Counted from the stretch's first letter, positions 9,668-19,516 are shown. The stretch: DNA of 64,000 bases from an uncultured bacterium (GCA_963740635.1 CAVUEQ010000001.1:401026-465025); one strand, 5' to 3'. Numbers and translations: made by a program. The notes: generated by a model not told the origin, from the sequence alone.

Positions 9668-10116
9668 TACTTGGCCTCCTCGTTAGCGTTTGATCCGACG
9701 GAAGCGATGGAAGTATCCGACGCACCTGCCGGCGGTGTCTGAGCGGAGCGAGTTCGCCGGCCAGCGGAGGATGCTTCCGGAGCTTTCTGATCGCTCACCA
9801 CCACGGTGATGTGGCTGGAGCGCTTGCGGATGGGGCTGGCGGAACCTTTGGCGCGCGGCATGGAGCGCTTGAGGCTGGGGCCGGGGCCGATCAGCACGGA
9901 TTCTACCACCAGGTCGCGGGCATTGGCGCCCAGGTTGTTCTCGGCGTTGGCGATGGCGCTGGTGAGCACCTTACCGACGGGGCCGGTGGCGCGCTTGTCG
10001 GTGTTTAGCAGTATGGCCTGGGCATCTGTGGCGCGGCGGCCGCGGATGAGCGCGGCGACCAGGCCGGTCTTGCGGGCCGATGTGCCGACGAATTTAGCGG
10101 TGGCTGAGGTTTTCAT
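9667..10116 (-). CDS. rplV: 50S ribosomal protein L22 with extended C-terminus
   Basis: 149-aa ORF, uL22 core then a Ser/Ala-rich tail. Confidence 0.93.
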   Translation of the reverse strand: MKTSATAKFVGTSARKTGLVAALIRGRRATDAQAILLNTDKRATGPVGKVLTSAIANAENNLGANARDLVVESVLIGPGPSLKRSMPRAKGSASPIRKRSSHITVVVSDQKAPEASSAGRRTRSAQTPPAGASDTSIASVGSNANEEAK

Positions 10117-10391
10117 TACTTCTGTCCCTTCGCCAATTTACCGCCGTGGCCGCGGAATTTCCGGGTGGGGCTAAACTCACCGAGCTTGTGGCCGACCATA
10201 TTTTCAGATACGAACACCGGCACGTGCATGCGGCCGTTGTGGACGGCGATGGTGTGGCCAACCATCTCGGGGCTGATAGTAGAGGCGCGGGCCCAGGTCT
10301 TGAGCACCAACTTGTCGCCGGCCGGCAGGGCGACGATGCGTCCCAGCAACCGAGTATCTACGTGTGGTCCTTTTTTGAGTGATCGGCTCAT
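10116..10391 (-). CDS. rpsS: 30S ribosomal protein S19
   Basis: 91-aa ORF ([12 protein letters not shown]...GHKLGEF). Confidence 0.97.
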   Translation of the reverse strand: MSRSLKKGPHVDTRLLGRIVALPAGDKLVLKTWARASTISPEMVGHTIAVHNGRMHVPVFVSENMVGHKLGEFSPTRKFRGHGGKLAKGQK

Positions 10392-11264
10392 CTAGCGTCT
10401 CCTACCTTTGCCGCGGCCGCGGATAATCATGGCGTCGGTGGACTTGCGGCGGCGGGTCTTGAGACCCAAGGCCGGCTTGCCCCACGGCGTTTTTTGGCCG
10501 TATTTGTAAATTGCTGTTGGCTGCGCGCCTTCACCACCACCATGCGGGTGGTCGACCGGGTTCATGGCTTTACCCCTGACCTGCGGGCGCCAACCCAGGT
10601 GGCGCCGGCGGCCGGCCGAGCCCCACTTGATGTTCTGGTGCTGCTCGTTGCCGACGGTGCCGATGGTGGCCTGGCAGTTCTCGTTGACCAATCGGACTTC
10701 ACCGGAGGGCAGGCGGACCTGCACAAAGCCGGGCTTCGTGGACTCTTTGGACACCAGGCTGGCTTTGGCGCCGGCGCTGCGCGCGATCTGGCCGCCTTTG
10801 CCGAGTACCAGCTCGATGTTGTAGATCTGGGTGCCGGCGGGGATGGACTTCAGCGGCAAGCGGTTGCCGGTGCGGATGGCGGCCTCTTCGCCCGAGGCGA
10901 GCTGGTCACCCACCTTCATGCCGGAGCCGGCCAGCACGTAGGCCAACCGTCCACGCCCGGTCTCCGACTTGCCGCCGTCGATGCGCACCAGCGCGATGTG
11001 CGCCGAGCGGTTGGGGTCGTATTCCAGGGCCTCAACGGTGGCGGATTTAACGGCCTTGAAGTCAAAGTCGACGAGGCGGTAGTAGCGCTTGACGCCGCCG
11101 CCGCGGTGACGAATGGTAATTTTGCCCTGGTTGTTGCGGCCGGAGCCGGTCTTCTTGGCGACAATTAGGGCCTTCTCGGGGCGCTTCTTGGACAGGCCGG
11201 CAGTGTCGGCGGTGGTCATTCCGCGGCGGCCGGGAGTGGTTGGTTTATAAAGCTTAATTGCCAT
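10392..11264 (-). CDS. rplB: 50S ribosomal protein L2
   Basis: 290-aa ORF (MAIKLYKPTTPGRRG...HPHGGGEG). Confidence 0.97.
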   Translation of the reverse strand: MAIKLYKPTTPGRRGMTTADTAGLSKKRPEKALIVAKKTGSGRNNQGKITIRHRGGGVKRYYRLVDFDFKAVKSATVEALEYDPNRSAHIALVRIDGGKSETGRGRLAYVLAGSGMKVGDQLASGEEAAIRTGNRLPLKSIPAGTQIYNIELVLGKGGQIARSAGAKASLVSKESTKPGFVQVRLPSGEVRLVNENCQATIGTVGNEQHQNIKWGSAGRRRHLGWRPQVRGKAMNPVDHPHGGGEGAQPTAIYKYGQKTPWGKPALGLKTRRRKSTDAMIIRGRGKGRRR

Positions 11265-11545
11265 TACTTGGCCCCCTCGAACAAAGCGATTTTTTGGCCG
11301 CTCTGAAGTTTAATCATGGCTTTCTTGACGTCCTTTTGGCGGCCCAGGACTTGCTTGAAGCGCTTGAGTTTGCCTTTGGAAATGATCATGTTGACGTCGG
11401 TAACGTTGACCTTGAACGTGGACTCGACGGCCCGCGCCACTTCAATCTTGTTGGCGCTGGTGGGCACCTCGAACACGTAAATGCCACGCTCGGCGAGATA
11501 AATGGCTTTTTCACTAATCTTGGGAGTAAGCACGATCGAACTCAT
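11264..11545 (-). CDS. rplW: 50S ribosomal protein L23
   Basis: uL23. ATG at 11543-11545 chosen (MSSIVLTPKISEKA) because it overlaps the rplD stop as TAATG. The ORF track extends to 11563. Confidence 0.9.
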   Translation of the reverse strand: MSSIVLTPKISEKAIYLAERGIYVFEVPTSANKIEVARAVESTFKVNVTDVNMIISKGKLKRFKQVLGRQKDVKKAMIKLQSGQKIALFEGAK

Positions 11546-12177
11546 TATTTCTCTCCCAACCACGAATTAATAACTGCGAGCGCCTTTTCGGTAACGACGA
11601 TTTTGTCGGCGTTCATAACGTCGTAAACATTGAGGTAGTTGGCCTGGACGGTCTTGAGGCCGGCGATGTTGCGGGTGGCGCGCTCGATGAGGTCGGTCTT
11701 GGCTTCGACGGCCAGGAGCAGATTGCCGCTAAGGCCCATCTTGCCCAGTAACTGGACGGTGGACTTCACTTTGCCCTCGGTGTCGAAGGTTTCGAGCACC
11801 ACGATGTCGCCGGCGGCGGCGCGCAGGCTCAGCGCCCCGCGGATGGCCGCGCGCTTCATGCGCACCGGCAAGGTGAGCTGGTGGTTTTCGTTGCCGGTGG
11901 GGCCAAACACCACGCCGCCGCCGCGCCAGTTGGGTACGCGGATGGAGCCGACGCGCGCGCGGCCCGTGCCTTTTTGGCGCCAGGGCTTCTTGCCGCCGCC
12001 GCGCACCAGCCCGCGGGTGAGGGTGCTAGGACCGGCTACCCGGCCGGCCGCCAGATAGGTGCGGTAGGCTTGAGCGACCAGCTCGTGGTTGGCTTCCACG
12101 CCAAACACCGCGGTGTCCAAGGTGTGGCCGGTTTCGCGGGCGGCGCCGGCTTTGGTGTAAGCGGTTACGGATTTCAT
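11545..12177 (-). CDS. rplD: 50S ribosomal protein L4
   Basis: 210-aa ORF, uL4 (KPWRQKGTGRARVGS). Confidence 0.96.
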   Translation of the reverse strand: MKSVTAYTKAGAARETGHTLDTAVFGVEANHELVAQAYRTYLAAGRVAGPSTLTRGLVRGGGKKPWRQKGTGRARVGSIRVPNWRGGGVVFGPTGNENHQLTLPVRMKRAAIRGALSLRAAAGDIVVLETFDTEGKVKSTVQLLGKMGLSGNLLLAVEAKTDLIERATRNIAGLKTVQANYLNVYDVMNADKIVVTEKALAVINSWLGEK

Positions 12178-12833
12178 GCGGTGCCTCGGACCATTACGAG
12201 CCCGCGCTTGGGACCAGGCACGGCGCCCGAGATGGCCAGCACACCGAGCGCCGGGTCTACCACGACCACCTTGAGGCCCTTAACGGTGACCTGGTCGTGG
12301 CCCATGTGGCCGGCCATGCGCAGGCCCTTGAAGACATGCTCCGGATAACCCGAGCCGATGGAGCCGTGGGCGCGATAGTTGTGCGAACCGTGGGTCTTGG
12401 GTCCGCGGGCGAAATTGTGGCGCTTAATGGTGCCGGCAAAGCCCTTGCCCTTCGAAGTAGCCGTGACTTCCACCGGGTCGCCGGCCTCAAAAGCAGTGAC
12501 GTCGAGCGTGGCGCCCACTTCCAGCGCCATGGCCTCGGCGACGGCGGCTTCGCGGGCTTTGGCGGCGGGGTGGCCGGCCTCCACGTCCTTAATGCGGAAT
12601 TCGCGCATGGTGCGCGCATTTGAGCCGGAGGCCTTGAGGTGGCCAGCTTGTGGCTTGGGCTGATGCTTGGCCTCGCCAAAACCGAGCTGGACGGCATTAT
12701 AGCCGTCCTTGTCGCTGGTCTTGACCTGCGTGACCACGCACGGGCCGGCCTGAATAAGCGTCACGCGAGCGACGTTGCCGGACTCGTCGAAGAGTTGAGT
12801 CATGCCAAGTTTTGTTCCGAGAATCGCCTTCAT
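12174..12833 (-). CDS. rplC: 50S ribosomal protein L3
   Basis: 219-aa ORF, uL3 (GTKLGMTQLF...KGKGFAGTIKRHNF). Confidence 0.96.
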   Translation of the reverse strand: MKAILGTKLGMTQLFDESGNVARVTLIQAGPCVVTQVKTSDKDGYNAVQLGFGEAKHQPKPQAGHLKASGSNARTMREFRIKDVEAGHPAAKAREAAVAEAMALEVGATLDVTAFEAGDPVEVTATSKGKGFAGTIKRHNFARGPKTHGSHNYRAHGSIGSGYPEHVFKGLRMAGHMGHDQVTVKGLKVVVVDPALGVLAISGAVPGPKRGLVMVRGTA

Positions 12834-12946
12834 TCAAGCCCTACTTACATAAATAAACCCTAGGCAATGGTGGTTTCCCCTAGGCTCGGGGACCTGCCGC
12901 TTCCTAGTCTATTGGCACGCACGCGCGTGACGCGAAATACCATGTG

Positions 12947-12976
12947 ACTATAGCGTATCTGACGCTTGGCTGTCAA
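12947..12976 (-). promoter_or_regulatory. near-consensus promoter for rplC and the downstream ribosomal genes
   Basis: Minus strand reads TTGACA (12971-12976), 18 nt, TATAGT (12947-12952). Overlaps the 3' end of the upstream membrane-protein gene. Implies a leader of about 105 nt. Confidence 0.55.
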
Positions 12977-13373
12977 CAGGTGCGGGCGGGGTTTGGCCGC
13001 CGCCGCGCCGGGTAAGTTGGGCCAGCTCTTCGCCAAGGGCGCCGTTCATTAATATGAGGCCGGAGATGGTGAGGGTGGCGGCCACTGCGTACGAGGCCAG
13101 CCAGCGGAAATCCTGAACAAACAAACGCCGTTCCGTGATGACTGGTATGAGCACGAAAATGGCCGCGAAATTGCTCATCCACCACCCGATCAAGAAGCCT
13201 CGCGGGCGCTTTAACGGATGCTGCTTGGACAATTCGCGGACCCGCAAAAACCGCCTGGTGACGCGCCAGTTCAGATACAAAATTACCGGCAGGGGCAAAT
13301 TTCCGAGAATGAAGATCCACACATAAGTACTATACCCAGTACCTATGAGATATCCAGCATTGACAAAACGCAT
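12948..13373 (-). CDS. hypothetical integral membrane protein
   Basis: 141-aa ORF with about 4 hydrophobic helices. No recognised family. Confidence 0.55.
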   Translation of the reverse strand: MRFVNAGYLIGTGYSTYVWIFILGNLPLPVILYLNWRVTRRFLRVRELSKQHPLKRPRGFLIGWWMSNFAAIFVLIPVITERRLFVQDFRWLASYAVAATLTISGLILMNGALGEELAQLTRRGGGQTPPAPVDSQASDTL

Positions 13374-13415
13374 ATTCTGTGTTGATATGCATTATTCTTG
13401 ATTTTGGAGATTTTC

Positions 13416-13601
13416 ATGAACCCCAGCTCCACGGCACAGCGCATCGGATCGCTGCTGGCCATCACCATTGGCATCACCATCGCCGACAGCTACGTGCCGC
13501 ACGAACTTACGCTTGTGCGGCAACTGCTGGCGATAGTTCAACTTGGCTTGATGGCCGCGATTGTGGTCCTGACGCTAGGTTCGCTACTGCGCGACTTCTA
13601 A
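13416..13601 (+). CDS. hypothetical small membrane protein (61 aa)
   Basis: GGAG is 8 nt before the ATG at 13416. Two hydrophobic helices. Its stop abuts the stop of the convergent gene. Confidence 0.45.
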   Translation: MNPSSTAQRIGSLLAITIGITIADSYVPHELTLVRQLLAIVQLGLMAAIVVLTLGSLLRDF

Positions 13602-13859
13602 CTAAAACCAAATGCTTAGGGGCGCGATGGCGCCAAACAGCCCGATGATAGCGCCCACGATCATCACCGCATACTCGATTTTGCGGTCGATGGCGAAGTG
13701 GTCGTGCTGAGCTACAATAAGTCCGACGACCAGGCCTCCTGGAATTAACGGGAGGCCGTTGATTTTGATCCAACATAGTCCCAGCGTCAGGAAGACGAGA
13801 ATTTTCAGGAAATAGGCGTTGTCGGATTCCCGGGCGCTGGTTTTGCGGACTTTACTCAT
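13602..13859 (-). CDS. hypothetical small membrane protein (85 aa)
   Basis: Two to three hydrophobic helices. Start lies 6 nt after TGgTTTAAT (13866-13874). Confidence 0.5.
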   Translation of the reverse strand: MSKVRKTSARESDNAYFLKILVFLTLGLCWIKINGLPLIPGGLVVGLIVAQHDHFAIDRKIEYAVMIVGAIIGLFGAIAPLSIWF

Positions 13860-13971
13860 GCGCGTATTAAACCATAAGCGTGATGCAGGTGCAATGGGTG
13901 GCTTTGACTTCTAAGGCAGGTGGGTCTTTCCGAGCGTTTTGGATGATACTACTTTCGCAAAAATAGATACT

Positions 13972-13999
13972 TTTTGCACCTATTCCTTTTGCACCTATT
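13972..13999. repeat. tandem direct repeat, 2 x TTTTGCACCTATT
   Basis: Identical 13-mers at 13972-13984 and 13987-13999 (period 15), next to a GCAAAAA/TTTTTGC hairpin. Confidence 0.6.
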
Positions 14000-14034
14000 T
14001 GATGGTAGTTGATTCGCCAAAAAAGTAATCAGGC

Positions 14035-14067
14035 CCGCCGCACCCTCCAGTTGGAGAGATGCGGCGG
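14035..14067 (-). terminator. GC-rich hairpin ending the rarA operon
   Basis: CCGCCGCA (14035-14042) pairs with TGCGGCGG (14060-14067), with an inner CTCC/GGAG stem. The T-run on the minus strand is about 10 nt away, so it is not canonical. Confidence 0.45.
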
Positions 14068-14094
14068 ACCCTTGGTCCGGGTGGGCGTGCCGGT

Positions 14095-14208
14095 CTAGTC
14101 GCCGACCGGGCCGAAGAGGAAGACGAGGACACCGGCGACGACGACGCCGACGACAGCGAGGAACGACTTCCCCTTGTTCTCCTTGACCACCTTCGGTACG
14201 ACGGACAT
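14095..14208 (-). CDS. 37-aa single-pass membrane micro-protein (hypothetical)
   Basis: Not in the ORF track. GGAAGGA Shine-Dalgarno 8 nt before the ATG. Reads MSVVPKVVKENKGKSFLAVVGVVVAGVLVFLFGPVGD, followed by the hairpin at 14035-14067. Confidence 0.4.
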   Translation of the reverse strand: MSVVPKVVKENKGKSFLAVVGVVVAGVLVFLFGPVGD

Positions 14209-14280
14209 GGCGTAGTTCCTTCCGGACGAGAGCAGGTCACTTGCCTACTCGACTGTGGCACCGGGTTCGGGCCGGGAAAA

Positions 14281-15498
<1,218 letters not shown>

Positions 15499-15531
15499 GT
15501 ATTCACTATAACCGCCGCGGCGCCAGATATG

Positions 15532-16116
15532 CTAGAAGTTCAGGATGCGCGTGCGGCCAGGCTCGACGATGGCAAAGGTCTGGTGGGCGCCGACGGTGGC
15601 CGGCCACCGCAATTTGGTGGAAGCTAAACATTCTTTGGCCAACTCCACCAGCTCGCCGGCGCTTGAGCTGCTGAGATCGCTGCCGGCCAGCACTTCCTTG
15701 GCAGCGGCAGTGGAGCCGGCGAGGGCCGAGCTTTCTATTACCGGCTTGAGGTAAAAATCCTGCGCACTGTCCAGGTAATAAATCCCGGGTTCGTCGGTGT
15801 GGCGGACGGGGTCGATGCCCGCCACGATAATTTCGACCCGGCCGGTCATTTGGCCCAGGTGCGGCACGAGATCGAGAACCAGCGCCGCCTGGATAAGCTG
15901 CGCCAGCTCGGCCGGGCTGGTGGTAGCCGTGAGGGCAGGCACCACCTTTTCCATGACCGGACGCCGCACCGCCTCCAGATTGCCGGCCACTAGCAGGATC
16001 GCGCGCCCGGGCACATTCATAAATTGTCCGAACTTAAGGGTGCCGTCGGGGATCGAGGCTACATCGCTGGCAGCCACCACGCAGTCGCGGTTTTTGAGAG
16101 CAAGGATTAATGGCAT
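15532..16116 (-). CDS. proteasome beta-subunit-like (Ntn-hydrolase fold) protein lacking the Thr1 nucleophile
   Basis: Start set at the internal ATG 16114-16116 (MPLILALKNRDCVVAASD...), 4 nt after the upstream stop. Block pattern matches 20S beta/HslV (ILALK..D.VVAASD, ILLVAGN, IIVAGID, ALAGST). Pro occupies the Thr1 position. Confidence 0.5.
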   Translation of the reverse strand: MPLILALKNRDCVVAASDVASIPDGTLKFGQFMNVPGRAILLVAGNLEAVRRPVMEKVVPALTATTSPAELAQLIQAALVLDLVPHLGQMTGRVEIIVAGIDPVRHTDEPGIYYLDSAQDFYLKPVIESSALAGSTAAAKEVLAGSDLSSSSAGELVELAKECLASTKLRWPATVGAHQTFAIVEPGRTRILNF

Positions 16117-16120
16117 GCGG

Positions 16121-16783
16121 CTATTTTGCGCGCTGAGCGAACTTGCCGTCAATGGCCGCAATGGCGGTCGTGAGTGAGGAATCGAGCTGGCCGTCGAGCA
16201 GGCGGGCCTCGGCGATAAGCTGCTCCGGGTTGCCGGGGCCGGCGCTGCTGCTGGGGGCATATTTGGCTTCATAGGCCAGGGTTTCGAGGTGGGTGGCCTG
16301 GTCGAGCCAGTAATAGGCCGTGGCGATCACGCCCAGCAGGCGGGCGTCTTGCATCACGAACAGCCGGCCCGAGGCTTTCACGGAGGTCCAGAACTGCGTG
16401 AGGTAATCAATGCGGGCAAACAGGGTGGTGCTGCCGCGGCGGGCGTCAAACAAGGCTTTGTCTTCGGCCAGCTCTGCCCGGATTTGCTCGAGGATATCGC
16501 GCTCCATCTGGAGCGTGTTGGGGGCTGCGGCCGCGTGGCGGGCCGGCTCGGGGCGCAGCGTGCCAAAAAACAGGCCGACCGGAATGCCGATCATCACGCC
16601 TAACGCGCCTGCCGCCACGCCTGATCCCAGGAAGGCCAGGTAGCTGCCGGCCAGGGCGCCGGCGCTGACCCGGCCAAACAGATAAGCCAGCGGGGCCAGC
16701 AAGGCCAGCACGCCGAGCATAACCCGGCCGCTCAGCCGGAAGCCGCTCCCGGGTGTTTGAGGGGTGATGTCTGGAGTTGCCAT
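16121..16783 (-). CDS. hypothetical membrane protein (N-terminal TM helices plus helical soluble domain)
   Basis: 220-aa ORF. First gene of the operon with the proteasome-like gene and rarA. Confidence 0.55.
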   Translation of the reverse strand: MATPDITPQTPGSGFRLSGRVMLGVLALLAPLAYLFGRVSAGALAGSYLAFLGSGVAAGALGVMIGIPVGLFFGTLRPEPARHAAAAPNTLQMERDILEQIRAELAEDKALFDARRGSTTLFARIDYLTQFWTSVKASGRLFVMQDARLLGVIATAYYWLDQATHLETLAYEAKYAPSSSAGPGNPEQLIAEARLLDGQLDSSLTTAIAAIDGKFAQRAK

Positions 16784-16794
16784 AAGAATGCACT

Positions 16795-16823
16795 ATTATA
16801 AGCGCATTTTGACAAATGATCAA
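16795..16823 (-). promoter_or_regulatory. promoter of the membrane / proteasome-like / rarA operon
   Basis: Minus strand reads TTGATC (16818-16823), 17 nt, TATAAT (16795-16800). The ATG is 11 nt after the -10. Confidence 0.5.
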
Positions 16824-16940
16824 TTCTTACTTATAAAGTACTCGGTCGCCGCCTTGAATTCCGGCAGCGCCAAAATTATTGCATGCGTGCGTCGGGTAGT
16901 TGCCCAAAATGGGACAAGCCTACGGAAAATAGCCTCAATT

Positions 16941-16967
16941 TTGAAAACTATTGCCCTAAATGGGCAA
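16941..16967 (-). terminator. intrinsic terminator after rnhA
   Basis: TTGCCC/GGGCAA stem (16951-16967) followed on the minus strand by TAGTTTTC. A degenerate second copy of the hairpin lies at 16900-16917. Confidence 0.45.
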
Positions 16968-17001
16968 CTCCTTCGATGGTGAGCACCCTCACAACAAACC
17001 C

Positions 17002-17466
17002 TTATCCTGTAGTGTCTCGGCCGGCGCGCGCCAGCAGCCCTTGTTTGCGGGCCTCATTGGCCCAATGATCGGCCAGCTCGTTGCCGGGATCATTATTGTG
17101 CCCGCGCACCCACACCAGGACCGCCCGCGACTGGCGATAAAGCTCCACCACCTCCCGCACCAGATCGAGATTTTTGATCTCACCGCCTTTTTTCTTCCAC
17201 CCGTTGCGCTCCCAACCAACGGACCACTTGGTGATCACGTTAATCCAAAATTCCGAATCGGTGTGAATGGCGCAGGGTGCGCCGGCGGCATCCTGAAGCG
17301 CCGCTATCAGCGCCCGGCCCTCCATGCGGATGTTGGTGCTATCGGGGTCGCTCCCGAGGATATGCGGCTTCATGTCGCGAATAACCGCGAACCCGCCGGC
17401 GCCTGGATTGGGCTCGCAGCTGCCATCGGTGTAGTAAATTATGGGATCTGGGCCGGTTTCTGACAT
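17002..17466 (-). CDS. rnhA: ribonuclease HI
   Basis: 154-aa ORF with RNase H motifs (YTDGSC...GAGG, TNIRMEGRA, HTDSE, VRGHNNDPGNELAD). Confidence 0.9.
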   Translation of the reverse strand: MSETGPDPIIYYTDGSCEPNPGAGGFAVIRDMKPHILGSDPDSTNIRMEGRALIAALQDAAGAPCAIHTDSEFWINVITKWSVGWERNGWKKKGGEIKNLDLVREVVELYRQSRAVLVWVRGHNNDPGNELADHWANEARKQGLLARAGRDTTG

Positions 17467-17586
17467 GGGTTAATTTTACACTAAAAGTCGAACGGCCGGC
17501 CCCCTGGAGGGATCAGCCATCGAGGTGCTCGAGTTGCTGCCTATTCCGGGGCTGTAATTTCCGCGCCGCACCGCTACAATCGGGGT

Positions 17587-17841
17587 ATGAATAATGCAGA
17601 TTTAATCCTGTCGGGCGAAGTCATCGAGCAATCCTGTTCCGAGGACCAGGCCGCGGCCTTTCGATCCGCCATCGAGAATCTCATGATTGAAGACCTGGTG
17701 GCGATTAATGATTACCTCAATGCCGGCGTGGCGCCCGACTCGGATTGGCAATCCTATTGGAATGCCTTTGCCAAATTTGAGTGGAAAGACTTCAGCATCG
17801 CCTACCGCCACGTCCTCGACCGCGACTTCAGCTTGGATTAA
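17587..17841 (+). CDS. hypothetical acidic protein (84 aa)
   Basis: ATG lies 6 nt after TACAAT (17575-17580). No recognised domain. Confidence 0.45.
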   Translation: MNNADLILSGEVIEQSCSEDQAAAFRSAIENLMIEDLVAINDYLNAGVAPDSDWQSYWNAFAKFEWKDFSIAYRHVLDRDFSLD

Positions 17842-17878
17842 ACGCCGAGGCAGGCCCCACAGGCTCAAATGTAATCCG

Positions 17879-18292
17879 CTAAATCGCCCGCATCCGGTTC
17901 CCGCGCGGGTTGTGCTCCAGCTCCACCAGCCCCAACGCCTCCATCAGCGGCGGCATGTACATGCCAAACCGACCGCGCAGACCCTTCTTGGTGCCGTACC
18001 AGCCGCCCACCGGATTTTTCGGGTCGCGCGCCCAGGCCTCCACGGTCCCCGCCTTGGCCTCCTTTTGCTCGTCGGCCGCGCCCAATTCCATCCAATCGCC
18101 GTGCGCCTTCAGCATAGCGTGCAAATCCTCAATGGCCCGCGCCAGGTACCCGAGCTTGGTCGAGCCCACCACGCACACAATCATCGCCGGCTCCACCGTC
18201 TTATCCATATACATCTGATACTGCGACGTCCCTGGCGGCGTCGTGAGCTGCCACGGTGATTCTTTGGTGCCGTTGCCTTTTACGTCTGGCAT
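17879..18292 (-). CDS. conserved hypothetical protein (MPDVKGNGTK...GDWMELG...NPVGGWYG family)
   Basis: 137-aa ORF. GAGGAGG Shine-Dalgarno. From memory it resembles a widespread uncharacterised bacterial family. Confidence 0.55.
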   Translation of the reverse strand: MPDVKGNGTKESPWQLTTPPGTSQYQMYMDKTVEPAMIVCVVGSTKLGYLARAIEDLHAMLKAHGDWMELGAADEQKEAKAGTVEAWARDPKNPVGGWYGTKKGLRGRFGMYMPPLMEALGLVELEHNPRGNRMRAI

Positions 18293-18318
18293 GATTTGGA
18301 CCTCCTCGTTACTTGCGC

Positions 18319-18552
18319 TTACTTGATTTTGCTAATCTGTTCGAGATATTCGACGGTATCTATGCCGAGGGTACGCAGATTTGATTTAATGATGAATACG
18401 GGTATCTCCGAGTCCGCCTGAATGATGATGGGCCGCTTCAAATCTTTACGGCCGTAAATAATATGGTCGCCCTTCGTGCGTAAATACTCGCACCCGATGG
18501 AAACTAAAAATTTCTCGAAGCGAGGCCGAGAAATTTCTGTGACTTTGGGCAT
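18319..18552 (-). CDS. hicA: HicA-like mRNA interferase toxin
   Basis: 77-aa ORF. KGDHIIYGR...RPIIIQ...IKSNLRTLGI matches the HicA/YcfA pattern. Confidence 0.7.
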   Translation of the reverse strand: MPKVTEISRPRFEKFLVSIGCEYLRTKGDHIIYGRKDLKRPIIIQADSEIPVFIIKSNLRTLGIDTVEYLEQISKIK

Positions 18553-18559
18553 GCCCCGG

Positions 18560-18868
18560 TTACGCGTAGGTGGGCACGGCGACTTTTATTTCAGAGGGTG
18601 AGTCTTCTACTAACTGCGGCGGCATCCAGGGCGACCTTGCTGTTTTGACCCAACCCAACTCCTCGAGCACTTCGTCAGTCGTGCCTCGTTCGTGAAGATC
18701 CTCGAAGAAGAGCATTACCGCCTCGCCAAACCGTTTTTGGACGTCAGCTTTGCTTTTACCCTGTACGCTCAGCTCGAGCACGGGGGTGTAGGCAATGAAA
18801 TAGTTCCCTTGTTGCATCAGCATCACAGGTAACTTATATTCTAATTTGGCGGCGATTGGTTTGCTCAT
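18560..18868 (-). CDS. hicB: HicB-like antitoxin (UPF0150 N-terminal fold)
   Basis: 102-aa ORF. ...GNYFIAYTPVLELSVQGKSKADVQKRFGEAV... matches the HicB N-domain. Lies 7 nt upstream of hicA. Confidence 0.65.
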   Translation of the reverse strand: MSKPIAAKLEYKLPVMLMQQGNYFIAYTPVLELSVQGKSKADVQKRFGEAVMLFFEDLHERGTTDEVLEELGWVKTARSPWMPPQLVEDSPSEIKVAVPTYA

Positions 18869-18886
18869 GCAGCAATTATAGCTGAG

Positions 18887-19219
18887 TTACATCTTGATTT
18901 CGATGTCGACGCCGGCGGGGAGGTTGAGGTTCATGAGGGCGTCGATGGTCTTGGGGGTGGGCTCGGTGATGTCGATGAGGCGTTTGTGGGTGCGCATTTC
19001 GAACTGCTCGCGGGCGTCCTTGTAGATGTGCGGGCTGCGCAGGACAGTCATGGAGTTCTTCTCGGTAGGCAGCGGAATCGGGCCCGCGACGGTAGCGCCT
19101 GTGCGGGTGGCGGTGTCGATGATTTGTTTGGCGGACTGGTCGATGACTTTGGAGTCATACGCCTTTAGGCGGATACGGATCCGCTGCTTTTCTGGGGCTT
19201 TGACTTCGGCTGTGGCCAT
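18887..19219 (-). CDS. rpsJ: 30S ribosomal protein S10
   Basis: 110-aa ORF ([11 protein letters not shown]...[11 protein letters not shown]). Confidence 0.97.
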   Translation of the reverse strand: MATAEVKAPEKQRIRIRLKAYDSKVIDQSAKQIIDTATRTGATVAGPIPLPTEKNSMTVLRSPHIYKDAREQFEMRTHKRLIDITEPTPKTIDALMNLNLPAGVDIEIKM

Positions 19220-19282
19220 GGGTAGGTGCTATCTCTTGTTGATCGGTTAATACTAAATACACGCTCACGTGGTGTTGGGTTG

Positions 19283-19312
19283 ATTTAAGCACGGTAATGC
19301 GGTTTTTGTCAA
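19283..19312 (-). promoter_or_regulatory. candidate rpsJ promoter
   Basis: Minus strand reads TTGACA (19307-19312), 18 nt, TGcTTAAAT (19283-19291). Confidence 0.4.
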
Positions 19313-19438
19313 TGTGATGCTGAACATCTCGGTGATTTCGTGGTGTTATTTCCCGATGGATAAATTAGCCTATGGTTTGGGGGCTTTATTTTGGCTCTAG
19401 GACGTTATTTTATTAGTCCTTGATTATTATTGTGGTTA

Positions 19439-19447
19439 TGGTATAAT
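19439..19447 (+). promoter_or_regulatory. extended -10 promoter TGgTATAAT
   Basis: Perfect TGnTATAAT in an AT-rich spacer, about 70 nt before the GTG at 19517. Confidence 0.45.
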
Positions 19448-19516
19448 GGCTTTGTCGGTACCCGCTGACACCCACCCTGGAGCTTCTGCTCCCCTCGTCA
19501 AGATTGGAGTCACGCC

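Noticed and set aside
13995-14261. 88-aa Ser/Arg-rich minus-strand ORF
   Set aside because: Low-complexity, arginine/serine-rich, with no Shine-Dalgarno sequence. The 37-aa ORF in another frame (14095-14208) has a good Shine-Dalgarno and a plausible TM helix.
16117-16272. 52-codon N-terminal extension of the proteasome-like ORF (MKPNMPPAAAPAPATRSS...)
   Set aside because: It overlaps the 3' end of the upstream membrane-protein gene in another frame and is Pro/Ala/Ser junk-like. The internal ATG at 16114-16116 sits 4 nt after that gene's stop.
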